Positions 50,631 to 61,294 of a DNA stretch of 64,000 nucleotides are shown piece by piece (the stretch's first letter is position 1; each line of letters begins with the position of its first letter). The translations under genes and the position numbers were made by a program. This DNA comes from a virus. Under the pieces are notes generated by a model. It saw nothing but the letters and a program-made list of their open reading frames with translations, was not told the DNA's origin and ran no database searches. The DNA lies in IMG/VR virus record IMGVR_UViG_3300036832_001138, positions 9,078-73,077 of that record; one strand, 5' to 3'.

Positions 50631-51955
50631 CGGTGCCTCCCACGGCTACATAGATCACCGCGGCATTGTTGCAGAGTCCCACCAGGGAGACAGGCGTGCC
50701 TTGGGGGCGACGTTCTGATGGGTTTCGAATACTGTGTGCAGCTTGCGGTGGTTCTTTTTTGTAGGGCACGCGTGTCGCCCCATCCCCGGACACTGGCGTC
50801 GTGAGGGGGGAGGCAATGGTGTCTCCCCCGCTACCGAAAAATAACGATTTTTTCGCTTTAACCGAGACACCGCGGTCGCCCTATTTACCCGCGGCCATTG
50901 TCCGACCGTCGCCGTCGGCTGTCAAACGGTCCGATACGGGCATCCCCTCATTTTTTTCCCGCGTCGAGCCATTCGCGGATTTTGATCAACCAAACACCCT
51001 GCGCGACCGTGGGGCGTGCGTCGGCGCTCACCGCAAGCTCGTTGGTCATCTTGCGGATAAATCTTCGATCTTCGGCATCGATGTTGGGAAGCTTGCGCTG
51101 CTCGGCGTCCGCCTGCGCAACGTCGCGCTCGATCGTGACCACGAGCGCAAACCAATCGTCGGGCGAGCGCTCGGTACCCCGCGCCGAATCCACGATGATG
51201 GCGATGATTGAAAGAAAAACGGCAAACGTTGCAACGCCAGCGGCAAATCCCGACCAAAATGTCCACCACGCCTGCCGGTTCACAGCGAAAACTCTTTGAT
51301 GAACTTGCGCAAGCCCAAATCATCGCCCGCCGCAGCTAATCGCAAGCCCTCGATCGTGCGCTCCGGACGAAAATGCGGATCGTGATTCTGTAGCTCGGAA
51401 ATCAGCATCGCGATCGCGTTCTGTGGCTCGCGCGGCAGATAGCCGAGCGCCTTGCGTTTGGCGGCGGCGAGTTGGGAGTCGGTGATCATCGGTGCAATAC
51501 TCCGAACCACCATAGCAGCGCCATGATCGCCAGCGTGGCGAGAGCCGCGATGCTGCGAACCTCAATCTGATTCATCGCGATGTTATTCTTGGCACTGGTT
51601 TCTCGATTTGCGGCTGCGATGGTGGGCGTTCCCAACCGCGCTGATCCATGAATTCTTCGGGCGATGAGACGACCTGACACCATTCCCAAACCATGACTAT
51701 TTGCATTTCATGGTGTTCGCTGTAGCCGAAGATGCGATCTTGGCCCGGAAGGCCACGGCGACTAACGGATTCGTTGTACCGCGTGATAAAGGCCACGCCG
51801 ACTAGATATTTACCGAAAGTTTCTAGGACCAGCGCCGTTCGATTCCTGTCGAGAGCGCGCGCGAAAACGATTCTCATATCCCAAACCTCCGTCCAGTATA
51901 GCGGTAGCCTCCAATCTGGCGGTATGTGTGCGAACGCGATCGGCATGATCTCGCA

Positions 51956-52360
51956 TCAGTCATCCTTGGTGAACACGTGTTCGTGGTAATCGCAGAAATC
52001 GTTGGGCGGCCAATCGCCCATTTCTTCGACCCACGCGATCGCGTCTTGCTGGTGCGCAAAAATAAATTCCTCGCATAGCTCGCACACGGCGGATTCGCAG
52101 TGGCGCACGCGATGATGGAAGCGGCACAGCACCTCCAAATCTGTGTCCAACTCTGCGCCGAGCCGTTCATAGCTGCGATGGTGCACCTCAAGATTTTCCG
52201 TCACGGCACAGCGCGGACCGCGCGGGCCATCGTCATGGAATTCGCAACATGGCACGAATTCGCAACGATGCCCGGCGGCAATGAGCCGTCGCCTGCGCCG
52301 CTCCGCCCACGTGATCGAGGCGAGATAGTTGCGATAATCGGTTTTGCGGAAACTGGTCAT
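51956..52360 (-). CDS. HNH endonuclease-like protein
   Basis: 'YRNYLAS..W..RC..LEVHHRSYERLG.E..DLEVLCRFHH'. Confidence 0.75.
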   Translation of the reverse strand: MTSFRKTDYRNYLASITWAERRRRRLIAAGHRCEFVPCCEFHDDGPRGPRCAVTENLEVHHRSYERLGAELDTDLEVLCRFHHRVRHCESAVCELCEEFIFAHQQDAIAWVEEMGDWPPNDFCDYHEHVFTKDD

Positions 52361-54156
52361 TTCAAAGTCTCATTGAGATACGAGGCCCACATCTTGCCGC
52401 CGAGACGATCGGCCAATGACGGATCAAGCGGTCGGCCGTCGTCGCGCTTCGGATCGCGTCGTATCCAATGCCGCCAAGTGGCGGGCGAAGTCGGAGCGCG
52501 CGGATTGGTGTCCATCTGATCGTGAATGCACCGGAGTCCAGCTTCTAGCGGTAGCCACGGCTTGATTCCAAAAAACTCATAACCCGCATACTGGACGGGC
52601 TTGCATGCCAACTCGCCGAGACGCTTGGCAAGGTCCATCAACTTTTTCAGTACATCCACGGCATCATCCAATCGATCGAAAAACACCGAAGTGCTCGCAT
52701 CGCCGAATGCGGCGGCCTCGACCGTCGCCCAACAGGTGACGCGCCAGCCGTAGTAACGATATGCTTGGATCAGACCGAAATGCTCGTAGCCGGTCCATCC
52801 GCCGTATCTGCCGCAGTTTTCATTATAGATCACGCGTTTTCCTCGCCACCGCGCTTGCAATTGTTCGGTCGTCAAATAGCGATGTGTGACTTCGATGGAT
52901 CGGCGGTCAGCGTTCATTCGGATGATCCGATCTCTGTGCTGATATACCGATCGAAATATTCCGGCTCTACGTCGATATCGCCACGTGGTTCGCCGCCGAT
53001 GCACGCCAATTCATTTGCCTCGATCGCCAATTCCGCCGTGTTGCTGATCGCTTCGAGGCGATCGAGCGCATACCAAGTTGGCTTGCCGTCGCGGTCGTAG
53101 CCTTCCTCGCGAATCGTTTCCAATTCGTAAATGATGCGAGCGATCGCGCGATCTAAACCTTGGCGGCTAATCATTCCCTTTCCTCGTCGAGCGCTTCGCG
53201 CATGGCTCTGGCTTTTTTCACGTGTGCATCCAACTCGGCGTTGATGCGGTCAAAGAGTTCGGGCGCGTTGCCTTCGTCTTCGATCACCTTCATTACCCAT
53301 GTCGCACCGGCATAGAACACAACCTCGATCAGCAATTGCAGATGCGCGTTCGGATGCGGCCATTGCTTCGCAATGATTTCCTCTTGCACCGTGCGGAAGC
53401 CTTCGGCGATCAAATCCGCTTGCGTGGTCATCGCGCGTTCTCCTTATCCGGCAGCGTTGCAAGTATTCTTTCCACGATGCTATCGATCATCGCTGGCCCG
53501 ACCGGAACTTGATCAAATCGTTTAAGGACTTCACGCACAAAGTCTTCGGTGTGCGCGCGATCCCAATCGCTGATCGGATGCTTGCGTTTCATTGTTCGGC
53601 CTTGACCATTGCCACGATTTCGGCGTGTTTCGCTTCGGCTTCCTCCCACGTCGCGGTGCGAAAGTCTTCCTGATTGTGTTTGCCGCCGAATACCTTCGTT
53701 TCAAATGGCATCTTGTCGGGCGTGAGAACGAGCCCGACGAATACGGTGCTGATCCACACATCGCCGATCTCCGTCTCCGCGACGCGGCGGTTTTCCGTTT
53801 TCAAGTACCAGCGAAACCATTCGTCATTGTTTGGATGCTGCACAACTTTTTTGTCGACAAGGATGAACGTGCACGCATCCAAATATGCCGCGTGCCCCAT
53901 GTTGGTCATGGCAATGGCCCCCCACCGACATGGAAGATTGTTGTATTTTGCTTTTTCGCAATCTCGTAGCCTTCGCGATCTAATAGTGTCATCAGCAAGT
54001 CGACGGTTTGCCCCACGGTGAGCTTTTCGCCTTCCATGCGGATCATTGCCGAGCCGAGCAACACGATCATCACGTCGCGGGTGCTGGTGGTCATCTTGGA
54101 TACGAGCCCATGCTTGGTTACTTTGTCGAGCGCTTGCGCGAGCTTGGTATTGTCGG

Positions 54157-54435
54157 TCATTCGTGTGCTCCCGTCACTTTTTTGCGTTTGCCCGGAAGTG
54201 TCTCGGCGAGCTTGTTGGCGCAGTTGAGACAAATCTTTTTCGGCTTGCGCGGTACGTGCCAGCGAAACATGATCTTGGTTCCGCAATGCGCGCAAAAGCC
54301 GGTGAGGTTGTCGTCGAACTTCGATGGCCCATCGGGCATGCAAACAACGTAATCGACCGTTTCCGCTTCGGCTTCGCTGACAACCGTGACCGGCACGCCG
54401 CCGAGAGTGATCTTTTCTCGCTTTCGCTTGGTCAT
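54157..54435 (-). CDS. Small Zn-binding hypothetical protein, paralogue of 14407-14700
   Basis: 'VVSEAEAETVDYVVCMPDGPSKFDDN..C..CG..IMFRWH.PR.PK.IC..C'. Confidence 0.65.
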   Translation of the reverse strand: MTKRKREKITLGGVPVTVVSEAEAETVDYVVCMPDGPSKFDDNLTGFCAHCGTKIMFRWHVPRKPKKICLNCANKLAETLPGKRKKVTGAHE

Positions 54436-57235
54436 TGTCGCGATTGCTTTCCGTCGCAGTTATCGCCCTTGGCCACCATCTGGCTATGCTCGACGCGGCG
54501 ATCGATAACTTCGCGCAATGCCGTGCGCTTCTCGCAAGACCATCCGCTCTTTGCTATTGTGAGATAGCGGCAACACGCCTTGCCTTGACCGAGCCTGCAC
54601 ACCGATTCCACCCATTCGTCATGCGGCGGCGCATCCGACCAAACCCGCGCTTTCTCGGTCTTTTGCACACGCCGTCGTCGCCGTTTCCTCCGGCCGGTCA
54701 TCATCGCCAGCAGTTTGCCGGTCATCATCGCAGGTTCGCCGTTCACCACCGCCAGCGGTTTGCCGTTTATCATCGCTCTTGCGACTCCACCATCCGCCGC
54801 ACATAAATGCCGGAGCGGGTTGGTTGTTTGCAGTAGTCGCAAGTCTCGGGCTCGGGCTCGCGAAGTCGCACGGGCTCTTGCCCGGCCAAGCGATTCCAAC
54901 AGGCTTCGCAGATCGCTACCGTCGCAGGGCGTAGTGTCATGGCCCTATAGGCTCTCCCGTTTTTGGTCGCGCTTGTACCAATCGTCGCGACGACGCGTTG
55001 CAGAGTTGAACGATTCAAGACAACCACGAATGAACGCCGTCAGAATAAAATCCGGCGTATCCGAATGGTTTTCCTGAGAGTATCGATTGAGCAATTTCTC
55101 TAGCTCGGCATAGAATTCGGATGTCGATTCGATCTTCTCAGTCATTTGCGCTCTCCCATCGTCGGGTGATCTCGATATGCCATCGGCCAGTTTTCGCCGC
55201 AGACGGTGCACTCGACCGATAGGAACGCGGTCATCCCGGTCACCGGGCTTGTGCCGACAAACCGCAATCGAAGCTTGCCCAAGCAGATCGGGCACTCACG
55301 TGATGCCGTGAACGGGCGCAGGCGTTCCGGGTCCCTAAGCTCAGTCATCCGGTTTTCTCACGATGCCGAATTCGGTTGCTCATCACGCCGATCATGATCA
55401 CGACAAGCCGTTGCGCATGAGCGGCATCTGTTGCCGCGCCATAGATTAGATCGGCGAGCACTTCGGCCACGGCCATGCTGGTCACCGTGAACGTCTCGGC
55501 GGCGAGACGCGGATCGTCGCTCATCCGCCGTTTGATCGCTTCGCTGATCTCGATGCGGATCGCGTTGAGTTCGGCGGTATCGACATCTGTCATTGTTCCT
55601 GCCCGATAAGTTGGCGAACGTGTTTGGCTACACCGTCGGCGAGTTCAAGATACTGATCTTGCGATGAACCCGCGCGCAGACAATGCCGCACAGTTAGCAA
55701 TTCGATCAGTTGTTGCTGGCGCACCGGATCACGCTCGCGCTCGATCACCTGAATCATTTCATTCAGCAGCGGCAATAAGTCGGCCCGCAGCGTAGCGGTC
55801 ATCGCAATACTCGCGGGCGACGGCGCGTCGCGTCGCGCGCAAATTGATGATCCTCGCGCACGCGCAGCCCCTTGAAGCGCAATCGCTGAAACATGTGGAT
55901 GCCTTCGATGTGATACTCGAAGCGCGTCGGGCCGATTTCCCAACCGCGCCGCAGCGACCATCGCTCCATTTTGCCGGTCGATTTGCGGACTTTCATCGCA
56001 ATACTCGCGGGCGCACGCCTAACTCGTCGGTCGGAACTTCGGTCATTTCCGCCTCAACTCATCGAGTATTCTCCAAAGCGTCAACCCGATATAGATTAGC
56101 AGGAGGTTCGTCGCGAACCACATTAGGAGGGCGGGCCAGGGGATCATCTGCGCCTCATCTCGTCGATCTGATCCATCGCCATGTCGATTTCGTCGCGGCC
56201 CGCGCCGCACGCCAACGGGGCAAGCCCATATCAAGCCCGAAGTAGAAACCAATCCACCATCTATTCCAAAGACTGACGCTCATTTGACGATATCCGCTAT
56301 GTTCGCGGCAACCCGCAGCGCTGCAACAATAACGTCCCGCTCATCCGGCGTGATCGCAATGCTTTCTTCGATACGATCAGCATGGACGAAAACAACATCG
56401 GCGAATCTGTTTGCCAGCCGTTCGATCTCGAAAGGTTTCAATGTCATGCATGGCCCTCGACTTCGGGTTGCCCCTCAAAGCGTTTGATCTGCTCGCGGAA
56501 TAGCGTGACGATATCCCGGCGATCTGCGCCGTTGGAAATGTAATTGCAGCGGCCCTCTTTCTCACCGTAGGGAAACACGAGCAGCACGAATCCAACTTCG
56601 CGATCCTTGCCGCGCTTGTCGCCGTTGAAAGCCTGATCGAGCGCTCCCGCGATATTGTTCATCATCTCGCGCCATCGCGGCTCGATCGGTGCGTCGCCAA
56701 GTCGCTCGCTCATTCGATTTCTCCCAAACTGAGAATCGCTTGCTCGGCCTGCTCTTTGCTTGCAAACGTATCTTTGCCGTTTAGCGTGACACCGCTTTGC
56801 AACGTAACCTTCACGTACCAGCGACCGCTATCCGATTGCACGGGCTCGGCAATGAACTTAACCGGCGGCAAGTCGATCATCATGGTTGAATGATCTCCAC
56901 ATCCTCGCGCTTGGTGAACTTCACGAGCCGGATCGGCTTATTGAAAGCTTTGGCCATCGCGCGCGCGAGCGGATAAAGCAGATCGAGACGTTGCTTATCG
57001 GCAGCGATCAGCGGCAGGGTCATTTGCCCCATCGGTGCGGCACAGACGCCCTCGCCACCTTCGTCGAGCGAAAGGAACGCCCAAATCTCTTCGATGCGGC
57101 CGAGATAGTTGCGCGGTTCGTGCTTAACGATCGGCCGCTCGTCGAGCAAAAGATTGATTGCGTCGAGCACGAACGTGCGTTCCTCCGGCGTGAAAGCATC
57201 GCTGATAGCGACGCGTTCCTTGAGATCGATCAGGT

Positions 57236-57823
57236 TCATCGCACAACTCCGATCATTTTCAGCACGCCTTCGTCGAGCAACACGCGCGTTTCAAGTTGAC
57301 GCAATTGGAATGCGAGAGCCGTGACTTCTTTGCGCACGTACTCGATATCGCGATAGGTCCGACCGGCCAGCGGCAATTCGTCGAACAGCCCCGTCATTTG
57401 GAAACCGGGCAGCACATCCCACGCGTGCCCGCAATCGAAGCCGAAAAACCACAGCCCGGACGGATCGTTGTGCAGGCTGCCCGCAAAGTTGACTCCGTGG
57501 TGCGCCTTTAGCGTCATGCTAAGCGGAATTGTCCCGTGCTTGTCGCCGCCTTGCATCGCATAAATAAAAGCGTCGAAGATTCCCACGTCTTCAAGAGTCG
57601 AGCTTTCGAGATCGCCTGGCGCGAGCCGGATTTCGTCGTCATAGCTCCATCCGAAATAGGGGTGCGACGGCGGCACGCCGACATAGCCGCACAGATTGCC
57701 GAGCGCCATGTTGCGCCTGATCCGGCATGCAAGCCCGGTGCGCTCGTCTTTCCATTCCACCAAATCCGGTTCACTCTGCCATGGCCCTGGCCCCCAACGG
57801 GCTTTTGCGTTTGGGTCCATCAA
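57236..57823 (-). CDS. Conserved phage hypothetical protein
   Basis: 'LCGYVGVP..HP..HHG..F..WFFGFDCGH'. Confidence 0.7.
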   Translation of the reverse strand: MMDPNAKARWGPGPWQSEPDLVEWKDERTGLACRIRRNMALGNLCGYVGVPPSHPYFGWSYDDEIRLAPGDLESSTLEDVGIFDAFIYAMQGGDKHGTIPLSMTLKAHHGVNFAGSLHNDPSGLWFFGFDCGHAWDVLPGFQMTGLFDELPLAGRTYRDIEYVRKEVTALAFQLRQLETRVLLDEGVLKMIGVVR

Positions 57824-58315
57824 TGATCCTTGGCGCTCTCGTAACTGGTCGCGAGGCTGTGCGCATTGCCGATAATGCGCGCCCGCTCGGCGGCGATCGC
57901 TTGCGCGATCTGATCTCGCAACAGGTCCACTTGCCCGTCACTAAGCGAATCGCGAAAGCGCAAAACGATACTGTTCGCCTTGGCAACATCGTATTGCGTA
58001 AGCATGGTCATATCTGACTCGATTCGCACGCCGACCGCGCCGGGCACGCCGACCGCGCCGGGGCACTCGATGCCTTTTGAACCAGTTGGACCGCGATCGC
58101 CCGGCCGTCCCATTCCAGCACCCTCGATTGCAAACTCGCGTAACTCCATATACGCGCGCTGAATTTTGCTCTGAATAGCGTCGCTCGTGGCCTCGCTGGC
58201 GCATTCGAGAATCCAAAGCGTGAAGGCGAGAATTGTCTCGTCGTCGCCTTGTTCGCGACACCAATCACGGAAGGTCGAGTACGGTTTGTTCATCATCGGT
58301 CATCCTTAAAAGGGT

Positions 58316-58410
58316 GCGCCCGGCAGTGCTTGTCTGGAGTTCACGTCGAAGCTGGCCGGGCGCGGCGGTCGCAAAGGGTTATTGGAGTTCATCGGATGCT
58401 TGGCGACCGC
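58316..58410 (-). ncRNA. Orphan TIGR-like unit pair
   Basis: Complete two-unit module identical in repeats to array 2, with new spacers gtgcttgtc/cgtcgaagc and aagggttat/tcggatgct; intergenic. Confidence 0.9.
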
Positions 58411-59965
58411 ATCTCGTGTGTTGGTTTATCCTTTCACCGAACCGTGTTCCATCATTGCTTGTTCGTCATCGGTCACCCCCTCGAATAGTAGTAGCACTCT
58501 GTCATCCTGGCGCAGCGCGACGATCCGCGCGTTGCGCACGACGATCGGCTTACCCGACACAAACTCATACGTGAGCGTGGCATCGCTCATTGGGAAATCG
58601 GCAATATCGAAGTCCGGGCTCAACGGGATTTCACCGGAGACAATGCGTGTCATGACACGGGCTCGCCATGGCGTTGCACGATCGGGAGGTTATCGAGATT
58701 GCGCGTTGGCTTGATCGTGCGATAAAAATCGGCCAGATCGTCACCTTTCATCGTGCTCGACAACGTGCCGAGCAAATAGCCGAGCTTGAACGAATCGATC
58801 AGATCGCCGTCGCGCACCATCATCCTAACCATCCCGATGATGATTTCTTTCATGATCACGCTGCCGGTGCTCTCGCGGATCAAGCGTTCCCATGTGACAT
58901 AGCTCACCATGTGACCAATCATCGGCGGCCTTTCTTGAGTTCCTTCAAGCCGCGTTGCAGAATGTTGCCGCCACCATCCGAGAGCACCAACATCAACGCG
59001 AGCGTAGCGGTATCGGTCTTGTATGCGCGCGCCTCGCGATCGAGCTTGCGCACGAGCGATTTGATTCGTTTGGCCCGAATGCCCTTGCTCATTGCAGGCG
59101 ACTCCATCTGCCCTTGGCGTCGCGATCGAAGCGCGAGCCGCATTGTGGATTTCGACATGTGATCGGATGCGTGGTGTCGAGAGTTTCTTGCACGCAATCA
59201 GGGCAAAGCTTTTGCGCGTAGCACGCGTCAAGCTCGGCCTGCGCCATGATTCCAGACGGGAGTTGGAAAAGCGGGTGCAACGGGATCGTCGTCAGTCTTT
59301 CGATCCGTTCGACGAATTCTTTTTCCTCGCGGCGAAAGCGCGCCATGCGCCGCCAACTAAAGATAAAGCACACGACCATCGTGAGCACCGACACGGCACT
59401 GATCGCGCCCATCCAACTTCCGACTTGGATGTTGCGGACAAGATAGTAAGCATTCAATGCGCCAGCGATAACGTTGAAGGTTTGTAGCGCGATATAGCTT
59501 TGATTGATGTTCATGCGTGCCCCGCCTGCGATGGCGTGACGATAAAGAGCGCGTTGTACGCAAGTCCGCCGGGCTCGCCGTCAATCAGGAATTCCTCGAT
59601 CCAATCGCGGCCGTCGCGTAGCTCTGGCTGGCCTACGGCGTTGAGGCACAATTGCATGACCGCAGAGGCGGCGGCCGGATGTGGCAAGCGGCCCGGACGA
59701 TTGACCGAGAGCGAACAGTGCATGCACAAGCCCGCGGGCTGTTCCTCGAAGCTCACGCACAGCCGGTAGTTTGCGGGCAGAAACACTTCCTCCGCGGGCG
59801 GACGATAGATTTCAACCGCCGCGCGGTCGGCGAGCGTCACCACATCGGTATTTTGGTTCTCCGGCAGTGCCGCCTTGAGCAGCGCCCACGGGATCGGCCG
59901 TGCCCGCGCGCGATCGACCGCGGTCTTGATCGTCGCGATTTCTTCGCTGCCGAGCAGAAGCGCGC

Positions 59966-60253
59966 TCATTTGTTCGCCAACTCCAAAAGCACGTCCGCAT
60001 GACACTGTACTCGCTTGCCCTCTTTGTCCCGCAGCGGGCACCAACAGGCCAAATTCTTGCCCCTGATCGCTTTGAAGTCATCGGGCCCATAGATATCGCT
60101 GGCAATGCAGCGAAAGCGCCGCACAGCCTCCGCGCGGCCGACACGGGCCACGCGCCACGGGTTGCCCCACTTGGTGCCGCGCCCGACAAAGACCGTATTT
60201 GCGGGCATGCGCCAGCCCTTGACGCGGCGGACTTGCACGCGGTGCGGTTTCAT
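59966..60253 (-). CDS. DUF4326-like protein
   Basis: 'VFVGRGTKWGNPW..RGKNLACWCP..CHADVLLELAN'. Confidence 0.8.
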   Translation of the reverse strand: MKPHRVQVRRVKGWRMPANTVFVGRGTKWGNPWRVARVGRAEAVRRFRCIASDIYGPDDFKAIRGKNLACWCPLRDKEGKRVQCHADVLLELANK

Positions 60254-60675
60254 TGCGGGCGCATCGGCACGCCGATGCCCTGCTGTTCGATCCCGCGATG
60301 CACGTTGGCCTCGATCACGTCGGGCCCGGCGGCATGGCAGCGCGCGCAAAACGCCCCCGCCATGCCGATTTGGCGGCCCGGCTCATGCGGAGCCAACAGG
60401 ACGAAGCCGCACGCTTCTTCGAGCGTGAGATCGCCGCGGCAGGAAATGCAGGCGAAGCCTTTCGCCTCGCGGACGAAGCCGGTCCATCGCGACAGGCTGC
60501 TCACCACCGCGCGCGCTTCCTTATCTCCGGAACTGCCGCGGACAACGTAACCGAGTAATTCCGATCGTGGAATGATGTGCATTGTCATCGCCACGGCTTG
60601 CCCGGCATTCTCGCGCCGAAAGATTGCCCAATTCTCGTCGATCTCTTTGCGGAAATCGCTCGGCATCGCGCTCAC
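60250..60675 (-). CDS. Zn-finger hypothetical protein
   Basis: CISC...GAFCARC; resembles 60872-61294. Confidence 0.55.
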   Translation of the reverse strand: MSAMPSDFRKEIDENWAIFRRENAGQAVAMTMHIIPRSELLGYVVRGSSGDKEARAVVSSLSRWTGFVREAKGFACISCRGDLTLEEACGFVLLAPHEPGRQIGMAGAFCARCHAAGPDVIEANVHRGIEQQGIGVPMRPQ

Positions 60676-60871
60676 TCCCGCGCCAGCACGCGCAATGCCT
60701 GCCGCAACATGTCGAGCGCCGAGGCTGCCGGAACGGCGCGCTCCAAATCTGCAACACGCGAGCTAAGCGAGGCGATCTGATTTTCCAGGTCGGTCACGTA
60801 GTAGGGTTTGAGCGGTGCGATCGCTCGCTTGCTCCTGCGCTTGCGCTTTAGCTTACGTGCTTTTTTCATTT

Positions 60872-61294
60872 TCATTGCATGGTTTGGATTTCTACGTCTG
60901 CATCAAATTCATCGCGAATACTTTGCAAGAGTTTGGCTCGAAGTGCATCGCGATCGACCCGCGCGCATTGTTCGCAGATTGCGCCGGTCGAGCCGACGGC
61001 GTTGGGATCATCGCTTAGCGGCACAAGCACGACCCATCCGCCGACTTCGCCTTGGCGCAAGGTTCGATCGCAGCACGAGCATGTCGGGATGATCGGAGGG
61101 GATTCGTTGAGCCCCGCTTTGCACGATTTGCCCCAATCCATAATTGCCTGCATTACGATTTGCCCTGACTTGGAATCGTCGGCCACGAGCCGGTCATAGA
61201 GATCACGTGTGGCAAACAACACAAGCACCGTGAAATCCTGCGGCGTGCGGCATTGCCGTCGCATCTGCTTGTAGAGTTCATCGTCTTTGTTCAT
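60872..61294 (-). CDS. Zn-finger hypothetical protein
   Basis: CSCC...GAICEQC; start MNKDDELY. Confidence 0.55.
   Translation of the reverse strand: MNKDDELYKQMRRQCRTPQDFTVLVLFATRDLYDRLVADDSKSGQIVMQAIMDWGKSCKAGLNESPPIIPTCSCCDRTLRQGEVGGWVVLVPLSDDPNAVGSTGAICEQCARVDRDALRAKLLQSIRDEFDADVEIQTMQ

Noticed and set aside
58027-58062. 18-bp tandem duplication
   Set aside because: In-frame coding repeat (PGAVGV twice), with no other structure
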